This document shows positions 50,297 to 64,000 of a DNA stretch of 64,000 nt, one piece after another. The stretch lies in the NCBI RefSeq assembly GCF_006345805.1, contig NC_043019.1:25295360-25359359 (forward strand), written 5' to 3'. The position numbers and the translations under genes are program-made. Source of the stretch: Octopus sinensis (taxonomy: Eukaryota). The notes under the pieces are model-generated. The model saw nothing but the letters and a program-made list of their open reading frames with translations. It had not been told where the DNA came from and made no database searches. Within the stretch, counting starts at the first letter, position 1. Every line of letters starts with the position of its first letter.

Positions 50297-51061
50297 AGAA
50301 GACATTCTATCTGTGGTATCTTTTGGTTAAAAAAGCAGTAAATTATCAAATAATGGTTTCCAAGAAGTAAGCATCAATTTGGCTTCTTTCTTTTTCTTTT
50401 TCTTTATTCAGGTCTCCCTTTTCTTTTCCCTCTTACTCCTCACTTGGTTTCCTTACCCCTTTTTTGTCCCATTTTCTTTCCCTTTTCTCTTTTTCTAGTT
50501 TGTGATTGTTTTTACAGTCTAAGAATGTGGTCAGTTTTTAAACATTTATTACAATATAGCACAACGGTGTGTGTGTGTATATGTGTGTGTATGTGTGTGT
50601 GTATTGATGTATGCCTGAAGAAGCAAATAACACATAAGGGTCAGTGATTGGCAAAAAAAAAAAAAAAAATTAGCTGCTTCTGAAATATGTAGTTTTGGTT
50701 TCAATCCCATTGCTTGGCACCTTGGGCAAACCTTGGGCTGACCAAAGCCTTGTGAGTGGATTTGGTAGACAGAAACTGAAAGGAGCTTGTTGTGTGCGTG
50801 CATGTGTGTGTGATGTTTGTCCCCCACGATTGCTTGACAACTGATGTTGGTTTGTTTATGTCCCCGTAACTTAGCAGTCAGGCAAAGGAGACCAATAGAA
50901 TAAGTACCAAACTTAAAAATAAAAATAAGATTCAGGGTCGCTTTGTTCATCTAAATCCTTTGAAAGCAGTGCTCCAGCGTGGCCACAGTCCAACGGCTGA
51001 AAGCGGTAAAAGATGAAGGAAAAGATAAAGATTAAAGATCCCTAAATTAATGATTCCTTAA

Positions 51062-51281
51062 CCCTTTCGTTACCAACCCGGCTGAAACTGGCTCTAGTTC
51101 TGAGTACAAATGTTTTGTTTTCATAAGTTTTGAATTAAAATCTTCCACCAAACCTTAGTCACAATTTATGTTCCTAACACTAGCTGAATGATAACTAAGT
51201 TATTTTACTAAATTCTTTGTTATATTTAAAGCAACTGAGAGAAACACAGAGCATCTCAAAATAAATACGGTAACGAAAGGG
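51062..51281. mobile_element. piggyBac-type MITE
   Basis: TTAA|CCCTTTCGTTACC ... GGTAACGAAAGGG|TTAA: perfect 13-bp TIRs with TTAA target duplication. Confidence 0.9.
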
Positions 51282-51930
51282 TTAATAAAAAGACCCTGAT
51301 AAAAAAAATTAGGGAGGAAAGCAGGAAGGATCAGTCACAGAATAGGGTCTCATTCTCCTGTCAAGTTCCTGACCATTCTCTGGACATTTGGTCAGTCCAC
51401 CACCTTTGCATCATGTAGTTTCTGTAGCTGACCAGCTTAGAAGCCGGTCAGCTGTTGTTTTATCTCCCCCTCTCTGACCAAATCATTCTTGCTGACCACA
51501 CAATTATGAAGCTGTGTCTTCTGCTGACCAGATGTCTGTCTGTATTGGTGTCTCTTTGAGGTTTTGTGTGGGCGTTCTCTCGCCTGCAACTCTACAGACT
51601 CCAGGAACCACCTAATCCTTCGTCAGTGAATCCAGTTACAACATATTTCAATTCCACTTCATTTATTTATTTCCAGAAATAGAAACTTCTAGTATGTCTG
51701 CGTGCCTGCCTGCCTGCCTGCCTGCCTGCTCTCCCCCACCCTCCACCCCCCACCACTACTTCATCAATCTCTCTTCATCCTTCTCTTCTGATACACATTT
51801 CAGGTCAAGGTTTCTGAAGAATTACATTTCAGCTGCTCTCTCTCTCTCTCTCCTTACACATGCACACACACACACACACGCACACACACATACACACACA
51901 CAACATGTATGTCTTGTGAGTGTGTGTATG

Positions 51931-51977
<47 letters not shown>

Positions 51978-52477
51978 GTCCCTTTTTATTTTTTCCCCCC
52001 CCCCAGACCTCTCCTGCTCTCTCTTTCAATCTCTCTCTCTCTCTCTCTCCATCTGTCTCTCTCTTTCCATTTCTCCTCTCATTCTATCTCTCTCTCTCTC
52101 CATCCCCCCCCCATCAATAAACTCTGTCATAACTAACTCACCACACCTACCTAATGTCATGTACACACAATCATTAACTACAATTGCCCTCCCCCCCAAC
52201 CAACGATCTCAACCATCCTGCTGACTACCACCACCACCACCACACCATTTAAGTACTAATTGGTGTTTTTCTCTTTACTGCAGTTGCAACTGCACCCAAC
52301 TGCATTCTTTTGTTGGTTGTTGTTGTCATTAACGAAATTGAAATTCTTCAGTGGTGGCCCTTATTGAAGCCTCTCTTTGATTACGCACCACCTTCATGTG
52401 TCCCATTGAACTGGATTCTTGGATTGGACCGAAGTTTCTTGCCAGCTTCTTGGCAAGTTACCCTCTCCTCTGCCACC

Positions 52478-52985
52478 TATCCCACCACCACTCTCATCAC
52501 CACAACTACAATAACCACCAGTGCAACTATTATCACCACCACCACCATCACCATGACCACCCTCACTACCACCGTCACCATGACCACCCTCACTACATCA
52601 TTGCAACTATTATCACCACCACCACCATGACCACCCTCACTACCACCATCATCACAACCCTCACTACATCATTGCAACTATTATCACCACCACCACCACC
52701 ACCACCACCACCACCATCATCACCACCTTCACTACATCATTGCAACTATTATCACCACCACCACCACCATCATCACCACCACCATCATCACCACCTTCAC
52801 TACATCATTGCAACTATTATCATCATCACCACCATCACCATGACCACCATCACTACCACCATCATCACCACCTTCACTACATCATTGCAACTATTATCAC
52901 CACCACCACCACCACCACCTCCATTACTGCTACCATCATCAACACTACCTTTCACCACCACCACCACTCATCACCAATACCTCCC
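52478..52985. repeat. (ACC/ATC)n array with higher-order repeat
   Basis: The motif cactacatcattgcaactattatca recurs five times among triplet runs. Confidence 0.9.
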
Positions 52986-53435
52986 CCACCCCCCTTACTA
53001 GTTTACTTATTGCTTCCATTTCATTACCCCCAGACATTTCACACCTCACTTGGAATGTATTTCTTAATATTTCAACATTTAAGTTCAATATTGCTTTTTG
53101 TTTAATTTTTATTTTCTATTATTTTTTTCTTCATTTTAACCCTTCCACTTGTGTCGCGTGTGCCATTTATTGAGACAAATTAACAGAAACAGTTTGCCAG
53201 GAATTAGAATACACAACTTCTACATTGAACAGTGTACTCCGAGATAGACCATATGAAGACAAGATGAAATATGTTCTAGTTATAATGCTTTTTTCGGAAA
53301 CTGAAAGAAGCCCATCATATACATATATATATATATCTATATATATATAATAATAATATTAGGGAGTATAACTCCAAACTCACAGGGAAAAATTCAATTT
53401 ACTATTAAATCAAATTTCACAGTATAAATATATAA

Positions 53436-53686
53436 AATATAAATTAGAGATAAAAACCACTATTATGCAACTCAAACAGTGATAGACATAAACCAAAGCA
53501 TAAATAACAAATAATATATATTTTTATAAAACATGTAACTTATAACTAGATCTCAAAAAGTATGAAAATGAGATCTAGTTATAAGTTATATGTTTTATAA
53601 AAATATACATTATTTGTTATGTATGTTTTGGTTTATGTCTATCACTGTTTGAGTTGCATAATAGTGGTTTTATCTCTAATTTATAT
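53436..53686. repeat. Long inverted repeat (~120-bp arms, 13-nt loop)
   Basis: aatataaattagagataaaaaccac...ataactagatctca / tgagatctagttat...gtggttttatctctaatttatatt. Confidence 0.95.
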
Positions 53687-53704
53687 TATATATATATATA
53701 TATA

Positions 53705-54107
53705 GGCGCAGGAGTGGCTGTGTGGTAAGTAGCTTGCTAAACAACCACATGGTTCCGGGTTCAGTCCCACTGTGTGGCATCTTGGGCAAGTGTCTTCTGC
53801 TATAGCCTCGGGCCGACCAATGCCTTGTGAGTGGATTTGGTAGACGGAAACTGAAAGAAGCCTGTCGTATATATGTATATATATGTATATGTGTGTGTTT
53901 GTGTGTCTGTGTTTGTCCCCCTAGCATTGCTTGACAACCGATGCTGGTGTGTTTACGTCCCCGTCACTTAGTGGTTCGGCAAAAGAGACTGATAGAATAA
54001 GTACTGGGCTTACAAAGAATAAGTCCCGGGGTCGATTTGCTCGACTAAAGGCGGTGCTCCAGCATGGCCGCAGTCAAATGACTGAAACAAGTAAAAGAGT
54101 AAAAGAG
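53705..54107 (+). mobile_element. SINE family A, full-length young-looking copy (tRNA-like head, TA/TG microsatellite middle, (AAAGAGT)n tail)
   Basis: ggcgcaggagtggctgtgtggtaag...ggttccgggttcagtccc head; high identity to the copies at 18708, 33221, 37668 and 58691. A partial 3' repeat follows at 54121-54340. Confidence 0.85.
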
Positions 54108-55398
54108 TATATATATATATTTGTGTGTTTGTTTGTCCCCCTGTCATCACTTGACAACTGATACTGGTGTGTTTATGTCCCCTGTAACTTAGCAGTTTGG
54201 CAAAAGAGGCTGATAGAATAAGCACTACAACGAATAACTCATGGGGGTTGATTTCTTTGGCTATCACCCTTTAAGGTGATGCTCCAGCATGGCCGCACTC
54301 AAATAACTGAAACAAGTAAAGGAATAACAGCATAAAAGAATGTTTGTCTTTGGTAGAATGAGCTGATGAGATTTGTCCCTCCATGTCTATGTTGGTATGT
54401 CTCTCTAGATTCCTCTAACTGTAATGCTGGATTATTTTTCTGACACCATCACTTTCTCTCTCTCTCAGACACTGACGATCCTCTGCCTGCCTTCCTTCCT
54501 AACATGACGACCCTCTGTCTATCTCATACACTGATGAATCTTTGAATTACACATGCAATATAATTGACAAATTATGTCCATTACTTCTCATTAAGTCTTT
54601 TCCATTTAATTGTTATTGGGAAAGCAGAAAGTTGGGTGGCTGATGGAGGGGTCAATACCAGTGTTAGCTTTTTGCTATTATTTTGTCTTTTTTCCATACC
54701 AAAACATGAAACAAGTGTGATGTACCAGTTGTTTAAACTAACAAAGAATGGTTTTTAAAACACCATATTTTTCTGGCATACAAATCAACATAGTATATAG
54801 TGTAAACATGTAGCATAAACATTCAAACATCCTCACTACCTTTCCAAACCCTGCTGCATTTCACATGGAGTTTTTGGTCTTCCACATTCATCTTCATATA
54901 TAAGTTGACCAACCTTTTCTTGGTTGTAAATTCCTGAAAAATTCCACTTGTATTCCTACAAATAAATATGAGATTTTTTTCAATATTGGTACTGCACCCA
55001 TTATTTTTTTAGCAGATCTATAATCATTAATATCCAGTTCGCAGTTCTTAACATTATCTTTCCCAAAATGATGAAAACCAATGTCTACCAGATGAGATTT
55101 GAACTCAGAGCATGAGACATTTTTTATCTCTTGCTCTTCCTGGTTCTGCCAATCCAACACCTTAATTATAAACCCTTAGTTGCCCCATCACTCCAGTAAC
55201 TGCCTCTCTATTTGTTGAGCCATCAAATTCCCCCCTGTTTTCCAAAATTAGAAAGCCCTGTTTAGAGCTAAGAGTTCTTCCCCAGACCTGGTACCCTAAA
55301 GTCCACCCTGACATGTTTAGATTTCACTTGACTGATTGTAGAAGCCAGCTGGCGAGATTCTCAGAGAAGGATCACACATTGTAAACACACACACATAT

Positions 55399-55433
<35 letters not shown>

Positions 55434-55595
55434 CACACTGATGCAGACCCATATGGATGTAGATACAGACAAGCTTATAAATATTAACCTGTGAATGTGT
55501 ATGTTATATGTGTGTGCACATATACACGTATAAATATGAAGTATACACTCTGTGTGTTTGTGTATATATATTTATATATATCCAACATGCACACA

Positions 55596-55631
<36 letters not shown>

Positions 55632-56628
55632 AAGTAAGTCATCTGTTGATTTATCCATTTAAAAAAAAAAAGCTGAACCTCCAACTCGTAGCATTCTAGA
55701 CATTCCTTCTGAGTCAAGTTTTTGGGTTTATAATCCAGGAAGTGTTTATTTTTGGTTTAATTTTATCAATTTTTATGACTTAATAAGCATAGAAATAGCA
55801 GCACCATGACATTTTCTGTTTGCAACAGACTGGGCTCCCCTAAAGGACCCTAAAATGGCAAAGTGATATTGACCCTTTTGCTGCAGGAACCAGATAGATC
55901 CTCTTGAAGCTTTTATACTCTTTAATGCTTTCTGCAGTTTGTCTTTTATTGGGGAATGTCATGGTTGGAACTATTTTTTTGCTTGGATATTTGTCTTTTA
56001 CTTGTTTCAATCATTGGACTGTGGCCATGCTGGGTCACCATCTTGAAGGGTTTTTAGTTGAACAAATTGGCCCCAGTACATATTTTTAAAGCCTGACACT
56101 TTTTCTATTAGTCACTTTTGCTGAACTGCTAAGTTACAGGGACATAAACAAAACAACACCAGTTGTCTGGTGGTGGTGGTGGTGGGGAGGGACATACACA
56201 AACATAGACACATATTTATATACACAACAAGCTTCTTTCAGTTTCCATCTACCAAAACCTCTCATAAGGCTTTGGTTGGCACAGAACTGTAATAGAAGAC
56301 ATTTGTCACAGGTGCCATGCAGTGGAACTGAACCAGGAACTATGTGGTTTGTAATGTGACTTGCAGAAAATACCAATTTTATTTATTTGTCAGATATTTA
56401 ACATCATTACCGGAACAACCATGAAATTTAATTTTGCAGTTCAAGAGTTAAACTGGGCAGCTTATTTAGACCATCACCAGGAACGGTCATCTTAGTAGGC
56501 TGTGGTATTGATTCCAGCTGTGATGGCTTTGGTTGATAAAAGTTTCATGGTAGAAGACAGTTGGCTAAAGTGCCGTGCTGTGAGCATAACCCTTTGCCAT
56601 TTAGATTACCCTATCAAATGTAATTAGT

Positions 56629-56895
56629 GGAGGTACGTGGCTTAGTGGTTAGGGTGTCAGCATCATGATCGTAAGATTGTGGTTTCGATTCCTGGACCGG
56701 GCGACATGTTGTGTTCTTGAGCAAAACACTTCATTTCATGTTGCTCCAGTCCACTCAGCTGGCAAAAATGAGTAACGCTGCGATGAACTGGCATCCCGTC
56801 CAGCTGGGGAACACATACGCCATTGAAACAGGAAACTGGGCCCATGAGCCTGGCTAGGCTTTAAAAGGGTGCGTTTATTTGTATTATTTTAATAC
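56629..56895 (+). mobile_element. SINE family C variant with 12-bp TSD
   Basis: Same head and core, different tail; AATGTAATTAGT at 56617-56628 and 56896-56907. Confidence 0.85.
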
Positions 56896-57399
56896 AATGT
56901 AATTAGTCATTTATTCACATTGTCTGCCTGCAAGGTGGTTGGTGTTAGGAAGGGCATCCAGCCGTAATAACCATGCCAAACTGGCCAACCCCTGTCAAAC
57001 CATCCGACTCATTCCTGCATGGAAGGAGGATGTTAAACGATGATGATGATTGTTTTGAATTAATCATATAGTCTCGTGGCTTTGAGGTTTTCATGATGTG
57101 ATTACATAGTTTTTGAATGATATTATAGGGTAGGTGTGAGAGGCCCAATATGGCCAGTCTGAACATAAAACGGAATATTTGGGCTGGATATGGCTTGTTT
57201 GAATTTTAATAGGTTAAACCCCAAATCAGTTGTGAAGCAAAGTTCTTAATGGCAGCCAAGCCTTAATTTGTGATAATGCAGCGTTTGTGGAGTGGAGATA
57301 TTGTAATTATTGGTGTTTAATGAATTAAATATATGTCAAGTAAAGCAATTAATTATATCAACTCCACTCATCAAACATTTGTATTCTTTGGGGACACAC

Positions 57400-57442
<43 letters not shown>

Positions 57443-58690
57443 AGACTAATTCTCAGACAGATTCAAAGCATATGTTGAAGAGTGAAGGCATGTCATTGAT
57501 GAGGTCAAGGATAGCAATGAAAGGACTCTGACAAAGAAAACTAACAACTAATTGATTGTTCAATCAACACATTAAACAAATCATTGAATAGTTAGTTGGT
57601 AAAATAAAGAAGTGGTATTAAACCAGTGTGTGTTTATTTTCATTTTTATTTGCATAATGACCCTCCTTATACACAACAATTAAAAATCTATATTTATTGA
57701 TAAAAATGTAGCAGAAAAGGTAGAAATATGTGTTGATTTCCTTTGATTAGTCTAACCCAGTGGTTCTCAACCAGGGTCTGTGTGGCCCTTAGGGGTCCAT
57801 ATATGTGTACCCTTAATACAGTTCTCTGAGAGATTCCAGTGTGACACTGCATGTGACTAGGCTGTCCCCTTTGAATTACTGGTACAGCTCATTTTTGCCA
57901 GCTGAGTGGACTGGAGCAACATGAAATAAAGTGTCTTGCTTAAGAACACAATGCAGCACTGGAAAGCGAACCCACGACCTTATGACTGCGAGCTGAATAC
58001 CCTAACCACTGACCCATCACCAAAACTACTGTGCCAAAAACATTTGCTGCCCCTTGGATGAAGAACCAAGGATCTAATAGCTGTTGGTCCTTTCCAAATC
58101 AGTTTCTTGCTGGGGTGGCCACTTGTCCCCCAACCCTTACAACCCTATGTTTGACACTCTACTTGCATCACAGCTCGCATTTTGTTGATCGGATTTCATA
58201 GATAACTTCAGCTCAGTTTGTCCTTGAGAACTGCTGTTGATGAGGATTATGATGATGATGATGATAATGATGACAGCAGGTCTGTCATCAAGTTTTAGGT
58301 GACAGCCAGCCATTGCATGTGTCAGCCTTTACTGTTGTTTGTTTTATATTAGCACAAAACCTGTTGTAGTATTTGTTGACTGAATGTTGGAAATGAAGAC
58401 ACAACCGACACAGGTGCCAACTTCAATGGGGATGAGAACCTGTCTGTTGCCAGGCTATCTATCAACGGAGGAATATCAACCATTTCCGATTCCCTAAAAA
58501 AGATGATCTGTAAAGAAATATTGATTTTATTGAGTAATTAAACATAATCCTTCTCAATAGATGAGCCAACATTTCTGGGTTCGTTCAGTTTCACTTCTGT
58601 TTTTCTGTGCTAGCATAGGTTAGGTGAATACATATAACTGACGCATTGTTTTACAAATGGATGCTCTTCCTGTCATTAACCCTTATCTTT

Positions 58691-59080
58691 TTTACTCTTT
58701 TACTTGTTTCAGTCATTTGACTGTGGCCATGCTGGAGCACCACCTTTAGTCGAGCAAATCGACCCCAGGACTTATTCTTTGTAAGCCTAGTACTTACTCT
58801 ATTGGTCCCTTTTGCCGAACCGCTAAGTTATGGGGACGTAAACACACCCAGCATCGGTTGTCAAGCGATGTTGGGAGGACAAACACATACACCCACATAC
58901 ATATATATACATATATACGACGGGCTTCTATCAGTTTCCGTCTACCAAATCCACTCACAAGGCTTTGGTCGGCCCGAGGCTATAGTAGAAGACACTTGCC
59001 CAAGGTGCCACGTAGTGGGACTGAACCCTGAACCATGTGGTCGGTAAGCAAGCTACTTACCACACAGCCACTCCTACGCC
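58691..59080 (-). mobile_element. SINE family A
   Basis: Reverse complement of family A. Confidence 0.85.
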
Positions 59081-59877
59081 TTATGTTAATAAGTAAAGGA
59101 TTTTTTTTTGTTGTTCTACTTATTCTCAAAAGCAAGGAACTGTCAGAACTCCATTTGTGAATGTACACACACACACACACATACAAGCAAACAAATGACA
59201 GGCTTCTTTCAGTTTCTATCTACCAAATCTATTCACAAAGCTTTGGTCAGTCCTGACCTATAAAAGTAGGCCCATGTCCAATGTACCTTGCAGTAAGACT
59301 GAACCGATAATCATTTGGTTGGGAAGCCACCATCTGAACCGCACTTACCTGTGTCTGCTCTGTGTATGTGAGATGATCATTCAGTGTTCATATTCCTTAT
59401 TAATCTAGTACCAGCTTCATACTGGGGTTGATATAATCAACTGTAATCCTCTCCCAACATAAATAATCTGTATCCTTGTTCCTATACTGGAAATCTTTGT
59501 AATTAGTATCATGTCAGATATAATTATCATTATTAATTATGGCATAAATAATTATTTTGCTGTGTTTTCCCATCAGTTTTGGGGCATGTGGGGGAGGTGG
59601 GCTGTGCAATAAGATGGTTTTTAATAAGAGTGTGTATGTATGTATGTGTGTGTGTGTGTGAGTGACTGCGTGTGTGTGTGTGTGTGTGTGTGAGTGAGTG
59701 ACTGCGTGTGTGTGTGTGTGTGCGTGTGTGTGTGTGTGTGTGAGCAATTATGTATGGTTCTGTGATTGTTGTTATTCTCCATATCTAACCAACCAGCCAG
59801 TCACACACACACACACACACACCTGACACACACCTTGTTCTGCTGGGGTCACTGACCTTTCTTTTCCTAATAAACAC

Positions 59878-59925
<48 letters not shown>

Positions 59926-61099
59926 TGTGTCTGTGTGTGTGTGTGTGTATGTGTGTTTGAGCTGTTCCCTAGTGTTTAATATATTTCATCACCATCATAT
60001 CATCTCTCTGTCTTCTCTTTCCTTCCTTATTTACTGAGAAATTTCAACAGTTTCACAATCTGATCCTATTGCAGCTATCAAGCATGGTACACTCTCTTCC
60101 CATCCTTTCTCCGCCACCACCACCACTACTGCCATCACCACCACTGCCACCACCACCACCACTGCTACTACTGCCACCACTGCCCACCTTATCTATGGAC
60201 TCTAAGGCACTGCCCACCCCCTGTTCCATCTGAAAGTGCTTAAAAACTGCTACTGTCTCTGATTACTACTACCACCACTACTACCATCACCAAAACCATT
60301 GCTCCGTCACCAGCTTGACCACTGCCATCATCACTCTGTCTATCATTACCACCATCACCACCATGGCCTTGACCATGACAACCATCAATTCCCCTCACTA
60401 CCCCACCACCACTACTGCTACAACTGTTGCTAATTTTGGCTCAAAGACATGAATTTTTGAGGGGAGGGGGATCATCAGTACCATCCATCCATCCCAGTAC
60501 TCGATGTATATTTTTTATTTTAAGAAGTTTTTCTTTTCGAGTGTGTGGCTCCAGGTTCAATCCCACTGCACGACACTTTGGTTTAGAGTCTATGACTTAT
60601 ACTCTTGGATTGACCAATGTCTTTGTCAGTGAAATTGGCCAATGCAAACTGTGAGAGCCCATCGCGTGCACACATATGCGCTCGTGTTGACATTTGTTTA
60701 AAAGATAAATCTGGGTTTGAGGAGTGGGGAATAATCCTTGACCCCACCCCACCCCGAGAGATTACCATCACTATCACCACCACCACTGCCATCGCCACCA
60801 CCACCACCACCACCACTGTCATTGCCACCCCTCCATTTAAAGATATTTATTACTTTTGTGTATTATGTACCCTCTCATATACCCTGATCTGAAATGAGAT
60901 ACTGTTATCTTTATTGACAAGAAAATTCTTTGTCTTGTATTTTGTATCCAGATGTGAAGTAAAATACTTGTTTTGTTATTCTTATAAAAAGAAGGAAAAA
61001 CAAAGGGGCACTCATTGTTTTCCTGAATTCTCTATTCCTCCTCTTACCATTATGCCATTGACCCCTTATTAACCCCTATTTGTTGATTGTTTCTTACAG

Positions 61100-61221
61100 T
61101 TCACCAGGCTGTATACTCAGTGATGAAGAAGCGCAAGAAGTTGCACAGCTTCTTGCCCAGCGAGAGCAGGGTGATGGTCATGAAGAACCAGATCGAATTA
61201 TAGATGACAATTCTATATCAG
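61100..61221 (+). CDS. PPP1R9A: Neurabin/spinophilin internal coding exon (SPGCILSDEEAQEVAQLLAQREQGDGHEEPDRIIDDNSIS)
   Basis: Acceptor ttgtttcttacag|t and donor tcag|gtaagc. Phase-2 start matches the phase-2 donor at 16528 (GA+T=Asp). LSDEEAQEV resembles the invertebrate spinophilin motif that follows MTPDE..LLS (from memory). Confidence 0.8.
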
Positions 61222-61361
61222 GTAAGCACGGTCTTTTCCTCACCACCCACCCCCGCCACATACCCCTCTGTCTGTTAGTCCTCTTTTCCTCTCTTTTCAA
61301 ACATCTCTCTCTCTGTCAGTCTGCCCTGTGACCTGTCTGTCCATTAGCTGTGTAGCTAGAG

Positions 61362-61607
61362 CAGTACTTCTCAACCAGGCCCCCATACGATCTTTGAGGG
61401 TCTTTGTTAGATTTTGTTGTTAAAATTTATCTGCAATACATTGGTTAAACTTCTGCAATGTTCAAAATACTTAAATTTTTTGAATAAAATTCTTAATATT
61501 TGATTCTAAAAATACAGTTAAATCTTTTTTTTATATACATCAAATGGCTATGGAGGTCCAATAGGAATTGAAGAGGTCCATGGGTAATAAATAGTTGAGA
61601 ACCACTG
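61362..61607. mobile_element. hAT (Charlie/MER5-like) MITE
   Basis: cagtacttctcaac ... gttgagaaccactg TIRs. Related single ends at ~57758 and ~49435; no clear 8-bp TSD. Confidence 0.6.
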
Positions 61608-63174
61608 TGTTTGAGTATATCCTATTCAGGGCAGCTCTTGAGTTTGCACCCTACTCCTGTCCCCATCAAGGCAGACCCAAAAATGCAGTCCTCCATGAGT
61701 GGACCTTTCGCTGAAGGTCCACTCATTTTCTTTTCTTTCCAGTCTTCCCCTTTTATCCACCTTCTCCCCTTTCTGACCCTTCCAGCCCTTACTCTGCCCT
61801 ACCTTGTCTTCTCTCTTTTTCCATCTTTACGCTAGCACTCACTAAATTTTAAGTGTAACTAATAAAGCAATTTCAAGAGATCCGGGTTCTCTTGTAGTTT
61901 TGCTCCTGCCTCTTACAATATGTGATGTCATCATGGTGTTTCTGGAAAAGGCATGAACATCACAACTTACCATCTCCTTCTCTAGTTTATAGATCCTTTA
62001 TATCTTCTTTACGACCCTTCTTTACTTCTTTCTACTTTTCAGTTTTTGTCTCATTCATTCACACAATCTCATTCACTGTCTGACTTTCACACTTTCCTTC
62101 TCTCTCTCTTTCACTCTCTCTCCCCCATCTCTCTCTCTCTCTCTCTCCCATCTCTCTCTTTCACTCTCCCATCTCTCTCTCTCTCTCTCTCTCTCTCCCC
62201 CATCTCTCTCTCTTCATCACTACTAAATGCTGCTCCATGGCTTTAATTCTCAGGTGAATCACTTAGAATCACTCCTTCATTGGCCCCATTCTAGAATTTC
62301 TGCCTATATTCAATGACCCAGAGATCATTGGAGACCTCCACTGGGTTGCTTTTCCCTCAAAACATAGTGAAGTGGGATGGAGACCTTCAGAAGTGACCCA
62401 GAAAGAGAATCAGGATATCCTTCATGAAATGTTTGAGGGGGTGGGTCTTGTGACCAATTTTCTAGGGTTCTGATTGGTTTATTGACCCTTTCTGTGTTCA
62501 GCACTGTGTCTGTTGGTGAGGCAGTTAACTTTTGCTAGCTCACTTCACCTAATTGCACATAGGTACCATGAGGTGGTGAAGACAGTTGGAACTTTATATG
62601 ATGAACCATTTCTGTTGTTTTGCTGGTCCAGCAGACATAGCAAAGCACTTAACAAAATGCCTATTTAACTATGGGAAGAAGTAGTTTCCGAGTTCAATCC
62701 CTAGCTTAGTCCCCAAATAAGCCACCCACTAACCTGTACTTTCACAAATTGTTTCAGGTGATGTCATTTATTTTCAGTTGAGTAGATTGGAATCATGTGA
62801 AATGATGAGCCTTGCTCAAGGACAGAATATGTTGCCTGGTCCAGGAGTCAGACCCAACACCTTAACCACTAAGCCATGCACTTTCATAGACATAGCATAC
62901 ACACACACACACACTTACAAGACTACAAGTGGGGTCTTATATCCCATTTGGGTTAATTTTTATATGTATGCTGCTCCTAGAACCAACCCTGAGTCAGATC
63001 TACGGTTTAAATTAGATTTGGTACTGACATGTCTAGAGTCCCCTACCAAAGCATGATACTTTCATGGTTGTTTTATCTCACTGTGAGCCCTCTGTTATTG
63101 TACCTAGCCATTTGTGGCATCCTCTGTGCTGATGTGCCTAGATTCTATTGAATCCTCTAACTAATTAATCTATA

Positions 63175-63403
63175 CGGTAATCCCTTGCTATATCATGGTT
63201 CACCTATCGCAGTTTATTATTTAAGCTTATGTCGATTCCTCCATGGTGGTTTTGCTTTTATAATAAAATAAATATATACAAATTATAAAAATAATAAAAC
63301 AAGATAAGCTGTACAGTACTGTTTCTACTTTGCGGATTTTCACTTATCGCGGGGTGTGGGTGAGTTTTGGAATGTAACACCCACGATAGTCAAGGGATTA
63401 CTG
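63175..63403. mobile_element. Tigger/pogo-type MITE
   Basis: TA|cggtaatcccttgctatatc ... gatagtcaagggattactg: CAGTAATCCC-type TIRs. Confidence 0.65.
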
Positions 63404-64000
63404 TTAGTGTGTGTGTGAGTGAGTAAGTGATTAGAGATAGCTGTCCAAATTAATTTGTTAATCTTTATCTTTGCTGTATGAGGAGTTACTAATGAAGTGA
63501 AAATATCAGCAAATTTCTGGAGATCTTGGTCTGATTTTCAGTTTGGCTTTTTCAACACCTCAATGTAATCTTAATGATAATTTTGGTCATGGCATGAACA
63601 TCACAACCTTCTGTTTCTTTCTCTATCTCTCTCTCTCTCTCTCATATAAATCATCCAAGCTTTTGTACTTCCTTCCTCATTACCCCTGATCCCCCCCTCT
63701 CTCTCCCTCCTTGTCAAATAAATCTCAGGATGTTTATCAGTCTGGGTTAAGTGTTGCACCTGGTTCTGTCTTCTTCTTCTTTAGCAATTCTATTCATGTC
63801 TACAATACATCGTAGAAATGAAAACACTGTGTGAACCCAATACTTTATGCTTGCTTACTGTTTAAACAGCAAAATCTGTGGTGTTTTGCATCCAAGAAAA
63901 ATCCTTTTAAAGATGTATAGTGCTAAAAACATAATATACTTCAGAAGAAACTGTAAGCAGGACAGACATGGTATTTCACTGTGATTGCAGCTCATCAGTG

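Noticed and set aside
52310-53105. Poly-His/Thr/Pro ORFs (also 9911-10434)
   Set aside because: Triplet-repeat artefacts.
58380-58540. Coding-looking stretch (NVGNEDTTDTGANFNGDENLSVARLSINGG..)
   Set aside because: Bounded by stops, with no usable acceptor or donor in a compatible phase.
60952-60958. Strong acceptor with a 7-nt pseudo-exon just upstream of exon 61100
   Set aside because: Weak donor (gtaaaa) and not frame-compatible.

Overview
Eukaryotic, AT-rich, microsatellite- and SINE-dense genomic DNA. The repeat families look like octopus (cephalopod) DNA, which is an inference from memory rather than a database match. The only protein-coding gene I can support is a + strand neurabin/spinophilin (PPP1R9-family, Drosophila Spn-like) gene. 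It has a 2,198-nt exon (14331-16528; ATG 14592) carrying the N-terminal actin-binding region, a ~44.6-kb intron region, and a phase-compatible 122-nt exon (61100-61221); the gene continues beyond the window. The rest is mostly interspersed repeats: four to five SINE families, 3' fragments of RTE, CR1 and Penelope retroelements, a decayed maT/DD37D-like Tc1/mariner, piggyBac-, Tigger-, hAT- and mariner-type MITEs, two adjacent non-autonomous Helitrons, fold-back hairpins and tandem repeats. Almost all other ORFs in the track are microsatellite or SINE artefacts. Main leads: (1) the 5' UTR of the big exon is an open frame that continues the CDS exactly if the exon is back-spliced, giving a 731-aa ORF covering all but 2 nt of the circle; (2) a candidate alternative coding first exon at 40105-40181; (3) a type I hammerhead ribozyme downstream of the Penelope GIY-YIG ORF; (4) several candidate microexons and one antisense exon. 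All splice and RNA-structure calls are by-eye predictions and need RNA data.
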